Assembly (NCBI GenBank): GCA_051362555.1
Contig: CM120643.1
Coordinates: 26,912,848-26,976,847 of the forward strand
Direction: 5' to 3'
Source: Lingula anatina
Lineage: Eukaryota; Animalia; Brachiopoda
Length of the DNA stretch: 64,000 nt
The translations under genes and the position numbers were made by a program. Of this stretch, positions 38,701 through 50,912 are shown piece by piece (position 1 is the first letter of the stretch; every line of letters starts with the position of its first letter). The notes under the pieces were generated by a model. That model worked only from the letters and a program-made list of their open reading frames with translations. It was not told the DNA's origin and did not search any database.

Positions 38701-41700
38701 GCGACACACCTGACTACACACTCTTTCATTCACATATCTTATATGAGATCGGAGTTTGTGAAAAAAGAACGCATTTTCACTTACATGTAGGCATACCTTC
38801 GAAACTGAAATATTCCATATTAAATGTCAAGTCTGTATATTCTTCTTCTTCTTATTTATTTTATTCAGAATGCGTGAAATGTGCCCTGTATTAGTTTTGG
38901 CATGGATTCTGTCCGTATCAATTAATGTGTTAACTCTGCCCCGTTTTGATTAATGCTTGAACTCCGCCCTTGGCAATTTAAGCACCCTTTAAACTTAACA
39001 TGCGTCCTTTCTGCGTCTCGTAGTACGGCCCTGTTTGAGAGCAAAAATAAATAAATACATAAATAAATGAATAAATAAATAAAATATGAATAATACTTGA
39101 CGTGCTGATAACTAGCCATTGGGCATTCATTTTACTATCAAAGCGATGATTGCACCTCCTCAACCTCAGCGATGCCAGTTGCATGGTAGCACAAAGGACG
39201 CAGAAAGGAAGCCTTCCATTGTAAAAGGGGTTTAACACGCGAATCCTGCTCTGTATCGTTTAATGCATGAACTCTGGCCCGTATCAATTAATGCATGAAC
39301 TCAGCATTGTGTCAATTAATGCATGAACTCTGCCCCGTATCAATGCATGAAATGGAGGTGTTTCGTATCAATTAATAGCTGAGCTTTGTACCGTTTTAAT
39401 TGATGCATGAACTCGGTTCCGTGTCAATCAATGCATGAAATACATGCATGTCCTATTTTAGAACGCACGTATGCACTCAACAGAAAAGCAGATCGGTGAT
39501 GGTTTCTCAACGAGCAAGCAGGCAGCAATATCAACGATATATATATAGTTGTGGCCTGTTCGGTTGGGCTCGTTGTACAGGTGAAAGGTAAGTAGAGTTA
39601 GACTATACTTATTGTGTGATAAAATTAATGACCATATAGGTTGTGACATTTTACAGACATACGTTTGCACTGAAAGAAGCAGTAGATCAGTTATGATTTA
39701 CACCTCAGCGTCTCGGCAGCAGTACCAAAGGTACTCCACTAAAGCCTTTTGGAGGTCGCAGACAGCACGTAGAAAATTTTCGACATGATCAACAGCCGCT
39801 GAGTGAGGTCAACGAATTCTCAAAAAATGGATAAAAGGAAAGTTTGGCGTAGTCAAACGAGATTTTATGGCGACAACAATCTCCAGAGCTTATTTACGCA
39901 CATGCGCATTCTGCACATGCTAAATTCTACTTAGAGGGGTGGTCCCAATTGAGGCACATGTTGCTACTTATACCATGGAGTGTCACTCGTACTTATTTCT
40001 TGCTCACCACGTGCTCTCTCTGCACGTGTGGACCTTACGGGCTTCGTGCATGTTGAAAGAATAGTGGTCACTCCATGCGCACGGACCGTGAGTTTAAAAG
40101 GAGGGGCATGAACGAAAAAGCAATGTTTCTGCCTTTTATTTCAAGTTTTAAAATGCCTAAAAAGACAGCAAAGAGCAAGAGTGGGAGAGGAGGATCGGGG
40201 GCAAGCCGGTATGATTGGGCTCACCATCTTTGAACACTGCTGCGGATATAATAATATCCTCAACCATGTTTTTATACCAATCTTTTTGGCCGTGAACCAG
40301 ACGTAGAAGCCCGTACGTTGGGTTGGGACCCAGGCTTTATGTGCGGGTTTGCAGGGTGGAAGCCGTTCAGCAGATACAGGTAGAGGATTGGGGGGGGGGG
40401 GGTTGTAGATCCCTCTTTTTTATCCTTTTTGTATTTTCTGTCTAATCTAGACTTAAGTGATTAAAGTAAAATGTTCTTCTATCTTCAATTTATAACAATT
40501 CCCTTTTTTCGTAATTCAACATAATATATTGCATGTTTATACTAAAGTGCTTCATCTACAATGATAACTCAAACGGAACTTGCTTTTGTTTATACTTCAG
40601 TCGTTTTATTAGCTTAATCAGCTCACGTGGGAAATTAAGAAGTCATGGGGTTTCAAAATATTCGGCATCAAATAAGTGTAAAGTATGTCGCATAACCACA
40701 AATTTCTGTCCTATAGTCTTTGGCGCCAATCTGATAGATTTACCTTTCTCTTTCTTTCCTGGACTATACTTATTCAGTTTCATCAGTTAATATGAATGGG
40801 AAGTTCAATGGCGTTGGTGTTTGATATACATGTATCTACTGTATGCAGGGGGGTTCCAAGTTAAATATCAATCACAGCAAAAATATGTGCAGGATATAGG
40901 GTACGCGGTAGCCCCTGGTCGCTGTTTGTATTCGCTCAAGGGTTATTCCTTTCTTAGAATAAGTTTCCTTTGTGTCTGATTAAACACTAACAAAGTGGTT
41001 ATTAAAGCATAAACTATAACTATGCCAGTTAATGATAGGAATTGCGAAAAAGAGTATGTAGATCGTAATTGTTTTAGCAGTTCTGGAATTGGTGATAAAG
41101 ATAAAATGACTGAAATTTACAATTTCTTACAAAATATTAGTTGGGGAAATGACAGCCCGTATAATTCATATCTTCCCCAACAAGCTTCACGTTTTCAGAT
41201 CCTATACAGCATATTACTCCCGGTCAGTGTACCACACACAATATTATCAGACTCACGTCTGCTGCTCTGGCTGGAAACAAACCGGAACAACCTGTAACAC
41301 ACGTAAGTGACACACATATGAAATACAAACAATGCTTTATCTATTTCTATTAATTTATTTATCATTTAATTTATTTCATCCTACTTTAATAAAGGACATT
41401 TTCAATAAATGTTAAGTTTTAACATAATCCTGGTTCATTTTCCTTGACTAGTATGCATTTCTTTTCTATAAAAGCAATCTGTAGTCGTGGGTGTGTCCAC
41501 GGCTCTTGTACCGCCCCCAATGTGTGCACCTGTACAAGCGGTTACAGTGGAGCACTGTGTGATGTTGGTAAGTAGACGTTGTAGTAGTAGTAGTAGTAGT
41601 AGTAGTAAGAATTAATAGTTACAATTACTATAGGTTTTTTAGCAGCAATACAAGTAGTATAGTTACTGTAGTAACACTGCAGTTAGAAGTACTTTTTCAA

Positions 41701-41948
41701 ATTGTCTTGTCATGCATTCAAGAGAATGCTGAAATTATTCGTGCATTAAATGCATCCTCTTTGTGGTCTTATACTTTGTTGCAGATATCAACGAATGCAC
41801 GGGTTCCCATGGCTGTCAACACAACTGTGTGAATACTGCAGGAAGTTACAGGTGCACGTGTAGAACTGGTTATGTATTGTATGGCACTAAAAACTGTAAC
41901 GGTGAGTTTTACGTTGAAGAAAAGAACAGATATTTCAATAATTGTCTA

Positions 41949-41993
<45 letters not shown>

Positions 41994-42239
41994 CCTGTCT
42001 TGTCATGCAGTCAAGAGAATGCTGAAACTATTTGGGTTTATTGCATCCCTTTTGTTGTCTTATATTTTGTTGCAGATATCAACGAATGCACGGGTTTTCA
42101 TGGCTGTCAACACAACTGTGTGAACACTGCAGGAAGTTACAGGTGCACGTGTAGAACTGGTTATGTATTGTATGGCACTAAAAACTGTAACGGTGAGTTT
42201 TACTTTGGAAAAAATAACATGTATATCAATGATTGTCTA

Positions 42240-42280
<41 letters not shown>

Positions 42281-42526
42281 TGTCTTGTCATCCATTCGAG
42301 AGAATGCTGAAACTATTTGTGCATTAAGTGCACCATTTTTGTTATCTTATACTTTGTTGCAGATATCAACGAATGCACGGGTTCCCATGACTGTCAACAC
42401 TACTGTGTGAACACTGCAGGAAGTTACAGGTGCACGTGTAGATCTGGATATGTATTGTATGGCACTAAAAACTGTAACGGTGAGTTTTACTTTGGGGAAA
42501 AGAACAGATACTTCAATAATTGTCTA

Positions 42527-42564
<38 letters not shown>

Positions 42565-42814
42565 TGTCGTGTCATACATTCAAGAGAATGCAGGAACTTT
42601 TTATGCATTAAGTGCAACCAACCTCTTTGTTATGTCATACTATGTTGCAGATGTCAACGAATGCACGGGTTCCCATGGCTGTCAACACAACTGTGTGAAC
42701 ACTGCAGGAAGCTACAGGTGCACGTGTAGAACTGGCTATGTGTTGTCTGGCACTAAAAACTGTAACGGTGAGTTTTACGTTGAAGAAAAGAACAGATATT
42801 TCAATAATTGTCTA

Positions 42815-42864
<50 letters not shown>

Positions 42865-44844
42865 TGCCTTGTCATGCATTCAAGAGAATGCTGAAACTAT
42901 TTGAGTATTAAGTGCATCCTCTTTGTGGTCTTATACTTTGTTGCAGATATCAACGAATGCACGGGTTCCCATGGCTGTCAACACAACTGTGTGAACACTG
43001 CAGGAAGTTACAGGTGCACGTGTAGAACTGGTTATGTATTGTATGGCACTAAAAACTGTAACGGTGAGTTTTACTTCGGAGAAAATAACATGTATATATA
43101 TTTCAATATTTGTCTCTTTGTATTATTATTATTATTATTAATATTTTGTCTTGTCATGCATACAAGAGAATGCTGAAACGATTTGTGCATTAAGTGCAAT
43201 TACTTTGTTGTCTTATACTTTGTTGCAGATATCAACGAATGCACGGGTTTTCATGGCTGTCAACACAACTGTGTGAACACTGCAGGAAGCTACAGGTGCA
43301 CGTGTAGAACTGGTTATGTATTGTCTGGCACTAAAAACTGTAACGGTGAGTTTTACTTTGGGGAAAAGAACAGATATTTCAATAATTGTCTATTTTATTA
43401 TTAATAATATTATTGTGACAAGCTAACAATGGGGAGAACATGCTTATGTTGCGATATTAATAAGCAAAACTAATGAACAATCTAATACATAGTGAAAACC
43501 AAAACTGAAATAAGATAAAATGAAACTTGGAACATTACAATAAGCACCATAGAACCAAGGTTTTTAACCCTTAAAAACCCATAACATCCAGTGGTAATTT
43601 TCCAGATGCCTACCACATTGAAAATAAGCATGATTTATGTAACCAATATTTTTTGAGAAACAGCGGTTGTTTCGAGCACCGATCTCATGGAATGGATCAA
43701 TTTATTTATTTTTCTGACATAAACGAATATACTGCATGGACCCATAGGTGTGATCACACGTGTCATAATTCTATTGGTAGTTACTACTGCACGTGACGAG
43801 ATATAGAAAAAAATCATTTAATTCTCCAAAGGTCCATCAGATTTCAAGAAATGTTCTAGATTATACTTTAAAATATGTACGATAATTCCGCAAAGTTTCG
43901 GTTATCTTCGTCATTTTAAAATGTATTAAAATTTCTTGAAATTTGACCTTTGCAGGATCCATTGAAATTTTTGTGGAATCTGTTATTTTTATTTTTTTAT
44001 TTATTTATTTATTTATTTTTTTTTTGGAGGGGGTCAACTATGTATGTTTATATCTGAGTTATTTTGTTAGTAAATGAAAGTATAGTTCACATATCTGTAG
44101 CTTACTGCATTGAAATTGCATAGATCAGTATACTGTATTTCATAATGTCATTATGTAGCGGTCTATATTGTGTACTGGGGATTTGCGTGGTAGATCTTCC
44201 TTGTACTCGAAGTTCGTAGTGCGTGATTCAGAGACTATTTAACATATTGGGTTTAATCTAAACTACACAAAAATGGTAAGGTCATATCTATTTTGAAACA
44301 AATGTTCTTTTCAGATATTGATGAATGTTCAACCAATAAAGGTGGATGTTCTCAAGTATGCTCCAATATCCCGGGAAGTTACCGCTGTAGTTGTAATGTT
44401 GGCTATGCCCTGCAGGCGGACAGCCACTCGTGTAGAGGTACATTGTGTTTGCTGTGGTCCCTATAAAAATATAACAGGAGTTAGGACTTGATTTTTCAAA
44501 CACGAGATTTCGATTGTTGCCAATTATATAGGGACATCTCGCATTTTGGAACAAAGACTGATTCAAACAATATGTGATAATTCGTGATTTATTAATTTTG
44601 AAAATATTGAGCTAATATTTGATGCCATTAAGTAAATCCAGATGTCTAACGAATTTGATTTTTAACATAACCAAAGATAGCGACGAATGTTCCACTGGCA
44701 ATGGTGGTTGTACTCACACCTGCACCAACACGGTGGGAAGTTTCTTTTGTACCTGCAGGACTGGATTTGTGTTGGATGGGAACGGTCTGACTTGCTCTGG
44801 TAAGGGTGATATAGGGTTCATAATAATATAACTCTGTTATCGAT

Positions 44845-44911
<67 letters not shown>

Positions 44912-45673
44912 AAAGGCCCAGACAAAATCTAGTCCTACGCCTAAGAAGTCCAGACCCCATGTTAATTACGCCCTGGCTGGGCCGTCTTTATGGTGCATTG
45001 TTAACAGCATAAAGGGCATGTTTATTGACCATTTTGTTTGTGTGGCATGTGTAATTAAAAAGGGGATGTCTTAGACCAAGTTAACTGGCCATTAGGATAC
45101 AATTTTAAAAACTAATAAGGTCTCAAATTTATCTTTCAATACCATACTTACATTCGACATCAATCTGAAAGATTTAACGATGTTTTTTTTATTTCAAACT
45201 ATATTGTTTGCAAAGCCTAGTATCCGTTTTTGATTGATTCTTTAAAATAAGAATACAAATCTGTGATATATGTTATGTTATAGAAGATATCACTCAGAAT
45301 ACTGTGAAATGGTCCATCATACACACTCTTTTCTATGAATCAAAATCCAGAAATTTGAACAACTTGTAGTTTAAAAAAATGAGTGAGTGTTACTTAAAAC
45401 GTTTTGTAATGTTCGAAAAAATTGAAAATATATGTGTTAACACGTTTACATTTAATTGGTAAAACTTATGCTGATTATAACCAATATCAGAACTAAATGT
45501 GAGCTTATTTATCTCAATTTAAGACCATGACGAGTGTTTAACGTCCCATCATGGCTGCGAGCAGAAATGTAACAACCTTCTTGAGAGCTACTACTGTTCC
45601 TGCAACAAAGGCTACGTCCTTGCTGCCGACAAGAAACTCTGCAACGGTAAGGCAAAGAAGCCGTCTATTTTAC

Positions 45674-45704
<31 letters not shown>

Positions 45705-46625
45705 GAATCAAATCTTCTGCTTTCCTATTTTTACTGCCCATAAAATATGGCTCTCGGGTGATGGAATGCATTTGTCCAAAATAGCACGTGTAAGGTGCTT
45801 TATACTGATCTGAGTGCCAAATGCTATATCCAGTTAGCACATAGTTGGTAAAGCGATGAAGCCGATTGAGACAAGATAGCACTGGTTTTGTAACATTGGT
45901 AAAATTCATATACGAATTATGTTTTTCAGATGTTGACGAATGCAGTAACGGGACTCATGCATGTGAAAATAACTGTCACAATACACGTGGTAGCTACACG
46001 TGTTCATGTAGAAATGGGTATGAACTGGCGTCCGATGGACGTGGATGTACAGGTAAATACAGTGTTATCAGTCCATATACATAATACGCATCGCAGTGAA
46101 AATGACAGACGTGCATGCTCATTCACAGGTGTCCTTGAAGAGAGGTGCTTGTTAAAAAAGTTTAAGAATAATTAAAAAGAGAAGAAAACGAGTGTTGGAC
46201 GTCACATTATGGCTGTGAGTAATCTTTTTGGCAATTACCTCTGCTCTTGCAATAAAGGTTTTGGTCTTGCCACTAACAAGAAATTCTGCACCTCTGTGTC
46301 AAATATGTCATTTAACTCGAAAACTTTCTTCCTTACATTCATTTTTGTAATTTCCCGTAATGCATTCATAGGGGTAAACATTTTGCCTAAGGTTGTAATT
46401 CCAATAACTCTATTTAAGCAGGATGGTGGAAAATAATATTTTAACATGTTTTACTTTTTTCCAGATGTTAACGAGTGTAGTAACGGAACTCATGCCTGTG
46501 ATCATAACTGTCACAATACACGTGGTAGCTACACGTGTTTATGTAGAAATGGGTATGAACTGGCCTCCGATGGACGTGGATGTACAGGTAAATAGTATGC
46601 CATTAAGCTTGTATATATTAGCTTC

Positions 46626-46683
<58 letters not shown>

Positions 46684-48501
46684 GTGGTGAACATGCTTCA
46701 ATGTACATGTAGTTGTATATGCTAGATGAAATTTTGATCTTAGTAAATGATAAAAGCAAATGTCTTTCCCAATAAAACCGCTGGATTTTGTAACATTTGG
46801 TCACATTCAACAAATCTACATTTTACTTTTCAGATGTTGACGAGTGCAGTAACGGGACTCATGTCTGTGATCACAACTGTCACAATACACGTGGTAGCTA
46901 CACGTGTTCATGTAGAAATGGGTATGAACTTGTGTCCGATGGACGTGGATGTATAGGTAAAATATTCTACTGAACTTGATTGATGCATTTTATTTTTAGC
47001 TGATCATATAGCTAATGTAATTTCCAATACGACTTATTATTTTGGTAACATTTAGTCACATTACACAAAGTAACATTTCTTTTTTTTTCAGATGTTGACG
47101 AGTGCAGTAATGGGACTCATGTCTGTGATCACAACTGTCACAATACACGTGGTAGCTACACGTGTTCATGTAGAAATGGGTATGAACTGGCGTCCGATGG
47201 AAGTGGATGTATAATTATTGGTAAATAATATTATGCTTATGGACTCGCGTGCTAGGTAGCGAGCATGCTTTGCTTGACGCCATTAAGTACTAGACTAGAA
47301 ACTTAACTTGCTGCTATTTGAACTGCCTGACAATATGCTTCATGGTCACTCCAGCTTGATGGGTTCATATTATTTGCCATTCAAACGCCATCTACAAGTT
47401 TCAATGGCCTGCATAAACTGTTGTCGATAAGAGGTTGTACGGATTTACCCTGAGCGCCACACTTATATATATAATGAGAGAGATAATATACTTAGTATTC
47501 TATACTTGAAGGTAGCTTACAATTGGTAAGCGTTGTGCCGTTACTCTGTGCAGATATTATTTTGAGTGTAAGGCCTACTTCTCGTCTTAACATGAAATAA
47601 GTCAACCACCTACAACTTAGGGTTAGTCTGTTCAATCCCCTTTCACTCGACGAAAAGGAGCCAAGGTGTTTTAATTCCGTGGTTGAACTCTTTGCGTTTG
47701 AAATGATATTAATACTGTGTACCGAGTGTAAAGGAACAAACATTCGTCATCAAGATAATTCAGTAACTAAGATTGTACATGTACGTATTATGAAACCTGA
47801 TCGCTCATTATATCTATTTTATTGTATTTTTTAAAAATCGATAATGTAAGGGCACGCACGCACAAGACATTCAGGCTTTTGCAAAAATAATCATAATCAT
47901 AATCATAATAATAATTATTAATAAAATAATAATAGTAATAATAAACTGTCCTAATATCAAACCATTGAAAATTGCATTGTATGAATTAGGAAAAAACTGT
48001 TACGTTCTGGTTTATAATTTTACCATAGGTCAACACTTGGAGGCGGTAGTTGATGCAGCAGCTCCAGGTGATCAGGGTACAGCAACGCCTGTAAGTCTGA
48101 TCACCGGCGTGACATTCGCCGTCATTGTGGCCGTCGCCATCATCGCTATCTCGGTTTTCTTTGTATGTCGACACTATAGGAACAGGGACAGACGACCAGC
48201 GACAGAACGCTCCTCGGCACCAGCTGTTACCTATGAAAACACGGAATTCCTGACAGCATCAAAACACAGAACGGAGAAGAATCGTGATGGGAGGCAACAT
48301 ACGGGGCCTTGGACTGTGCAAACCGGTACTACTAATGTCTCGAACCCAGACCAGCCCTGTGAAGGCATTCTGGCAAAGGACAACGAGGAGCAGGGTGCGT
48401 ACACGAAGTTAATCTTCGGAGAGGAGGTGCCGACACCTGTCGGTGAATATGAAACTTTGTCAGCCTACCAACGCAGAGCCCAGCAAAACGACTATGAATA
48501 G
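35774..48501 (+). CDS. EMI-NIM-cbEGF(x13) type I transmembrane receptor, paralogue 3 (complete, 812 aa if all exons are used)
   Basis: Exons 35774-35847 ([25 protein letters not shown]), 39462-39587, 41199-41302 (CCSGW), 41475-41567 (NIM), cbEGF 41785-41901, 42076-42192, 42363-42479, 42651-42767, 42947-43063, 43229-43345, 44315-44437, 44677-44799, 45524-45646, 45930-46052, 46465-46587, 46834-46956, 47092-47220, terminal 48029-48501. Sum 2439 nt, in frame. Confidence 0.88.
38978..39235. mobile_element. TTAA-flanked piggyBac-like MITE nested in the inverted 29-bp repeat element
   Basis: ttaagcacccttt...tcctttctgcgtc versus gacgcagaaagga...aaaaggggtttaa. Confidence 0.5.
41700..43410 (+). repeat. 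Six-fold tandem exon+intron duplication (~282-296 bp unit) encoding near-identical 39-aa cbEGF domains
   Basis: [39 protein letters not shown] repeated six times; introns are also repeated and each carries a (TAT)n tract of different length. Confidence 0.95.
46187..46292 (+). pseudogene. Decayed cbEGF pseudo-exon in paralogue 3
   Basis: [11 protein letters not shown] / [24 protein letters not shown], homologous to exon 45524-45646 but with a ~11-nt frameshifting deletion and no canonical splice sites at the homologous positions. Confidence 0.8.
48029..48501 (+). CDS. Paralogue 3 terminal exon: TM + tyrosine-motif tail
   Basis: Acceptor taccatag; [26 protein letters not shown]; YEN, YTKL-x12-YETL; ends QQNDYE*. 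Confidence 0.9.
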
Positions 48502-48655
48502 TCGGCTTAGAAATCATAGTAAGGTCGAGTCATTAGAAAAAAAGCAACAGAGGAGATTTGGGACCTAAGTTTTAATTTTTCTGACCATATAATATGGCAA
48601 ACTAGATCGCTATTGAACTCTCTCTCTTCCTCTCTCTCTCTCACACGCACATACT

Positions 48656-48688
<33 letters not shown>

Positions 48689-50734
48689 ACAGAGCTTGCG
48701 TATGGACGATATTATATCTTGTATACCGACATGTACAGATTATGCACATATATTTGCACGTCCACGATACTGGTTAACAACATTGGGACATGGGCAACAT
48801 GCCGCCGATCTTGTGAGCACGCTTTTCGCTTATAATAAGCATCGTATTTTGCTTTATATTCATAAATTTCTGAAAATATAACATTAAACAAAATGTTTAG
48901 TAAAGTGTACACTTACCTGTAACTTTGCAGAGATGAGAAAGCATGCTGCAATCCTGAATCGGCGGTTAAAAATGAAATTGTCTCTTGTGTGTACGCTTTC
49001 CGTTTATACAGGCATGACTGTAATGGTTTGTAAAAATATCATTCCTTATCACATGCCTACTATATAACTTATGTGGTATTCAATATGCGTTAGACTTTTA
49101 TTTAGCATAAGATTGATTTTATTGAAAATTTCAGCAGGTTTCCCTTTATCATTGAGACATACCTTGGCTACTGGTGCGTCTATGACTGTGGAGAAATTAC
49201 CGCCAATAAATTCGTTTTCCAGTTCATATATTTCGAAATTTCGTCATCATAATTGAAATTCACCTGTCTGTATCCAGACAGTAATTATTTTGTACTACAT
49301 GAAGATATACTGCTCAACTTGTAGCTGTGTGCATAATTGGCAATTTCTTCAGGTTTTTTATTTTATTTTATTATTATTATTTTTTGTGATGTCTATGCTT
49401 CCATCAGAGACTTGGCTATTCTTTTTTTTTTGGATACTTGTGCACAGGGCCACATATTGATTTTTCACTAGATATAAAGAGATATGTCTCTGCATGGTTA
49501 AATAGATGGCTAATCTCTGTACTGTCACAGCAAAAAGGAAAAAAACTGCGGCCCTGGTAGAGGGTCACAAGGTCAACTACTGTGGATGCTTTAATTCGCA
49601 GTTTAAAACATCATAAAACGATACCGTTTACGAATTTTTAATCAATGTATAAAACGAAATTGATGTATATATCACCTAGCGGATAAGATAAATTTGATAA
49701 TTGTAATACGGTAATAAAAAGCAATGGAATAAAAAGTAAAATAGTGGAATCTCCAAAGGATGAATAAGGATGCAAACAGTGTAAAATATATTCTATCATC
49801 TGAGCAAATAAGTTTCCCTAACAGAGAGCCTCGTGTTGCTCTCTGGACCTTGACTTCGGCTACGCTAAAATCTGGGTGTGTCTGTTTCCAAAGTTGTTAA
49901 ATTATAGGCATTACTTCCGCGTCTGGGCCTGAATGCTACTTGTAAGGTTCTTTTCACTTCCAGTTGTTTGATGAAGCGCTGAATTCTGCACACGTATACA
50001 ATGACATGGGTGTGCCCGAAATTGCTAACTGAGGCATTACTGATGCCCCTGGGCCTGGGTGCTACTTGTAAGGCTCTTTTCAATTCGAGCTGTTAAATTT
50101 ATCGATAAATTATGTACCCGTTTACTTTGGCATGGGCGTTACCGAAGTTATTAACTGAGGCATTACTTCCGCGTCGGTTCCTAGATGCTACATGTACCTG
50201 TAAAGCTTTTTTTGCAGTTCAGGCTGCTTGATGTAGCGATAAATCCTGTATTGACAGTCCTAACGCTACGTAACGGGGGGAAGAGGGGGGTTAACTCCTC
50301 TTTCCAAGTTCTTCACAACTTCACTCTCTGTTGCTAAATTAATTTTAAACAAAAAATTTAAACAAAGATTGCGAATTACTCGACAAAAACTCTTCTATCA
50401 AGAAGAATAATATACTTAGTCGCTTATCCAAATTAAGCAGCCTTAACTAAGCCGAATATATAATTAGCCTGTCATTTATTTTTCACACACAAACCGGGAT
50501 CTAACAGGATGTGCAATTTGAACATGTTCAGTAATACATCATACATATGTCACTTTTAAACCAACTTAAACAGACAGAAGTGACAAAACGAGAGTCACTT
50601 TCAACACTTCTCTTCGCACTGTTGGGCAGATAACTGCTTAATACAATCCGGTACATTTTTTACTTCCGAGAATTTGATACAAGCGACATACACTGTACTA
50701 CCTGGTGCATAAGGAATTGTCGACCCATTCATAC

Positions 50735-50912
50735 ATTTATGCGTAAACTTCCGCATGTGACCCATGTGACAACAAGGGCTGATTTATTTCAGACCCAGTC
50801 ATTTGCGTTAAGTGTTTCTTTCTATGCGATCGATAACCAGTGTTAACGTGGATAATTTAAACCAGAAGTGCTTGAATACCTCAGTCCGTCTCGGGAAATT
50901 GTCACGGTAAGT
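50735..50912 (+). promoter_or_regulatory. Candidate promoter and non-coding first exon of gene 4
   Basis: Cluster of TTATGCGTAA (bZIP-like), ACTTCCG (ETS-like) and two CATGTGAC E-boxes, followed by a strong donor G|GTAAGT at 50907. The ATG exon of gene 4 begins at an acceptor (53849), implying an upstream exon. Confidence 0.35.

Noticed and set aside
41763-42904. ORFs reading through introns to give poly-Tyr linkers between EGF domains
   Set aside because: Only two of five introns (174 and 171 nt) are open in frame. All have canonical GTGAGT/TTGCAG sites, and the poly-Tyr is a (TAT)n microsatellite.
2660-48501. Assigning gene symbols such as MEGF6, MEGF10/drpr, EGFL7 or fibrillin
   Set aside because: Domain pieces are shared but the overall architecture matches none, and orthology cannot be shown without phylogeny.
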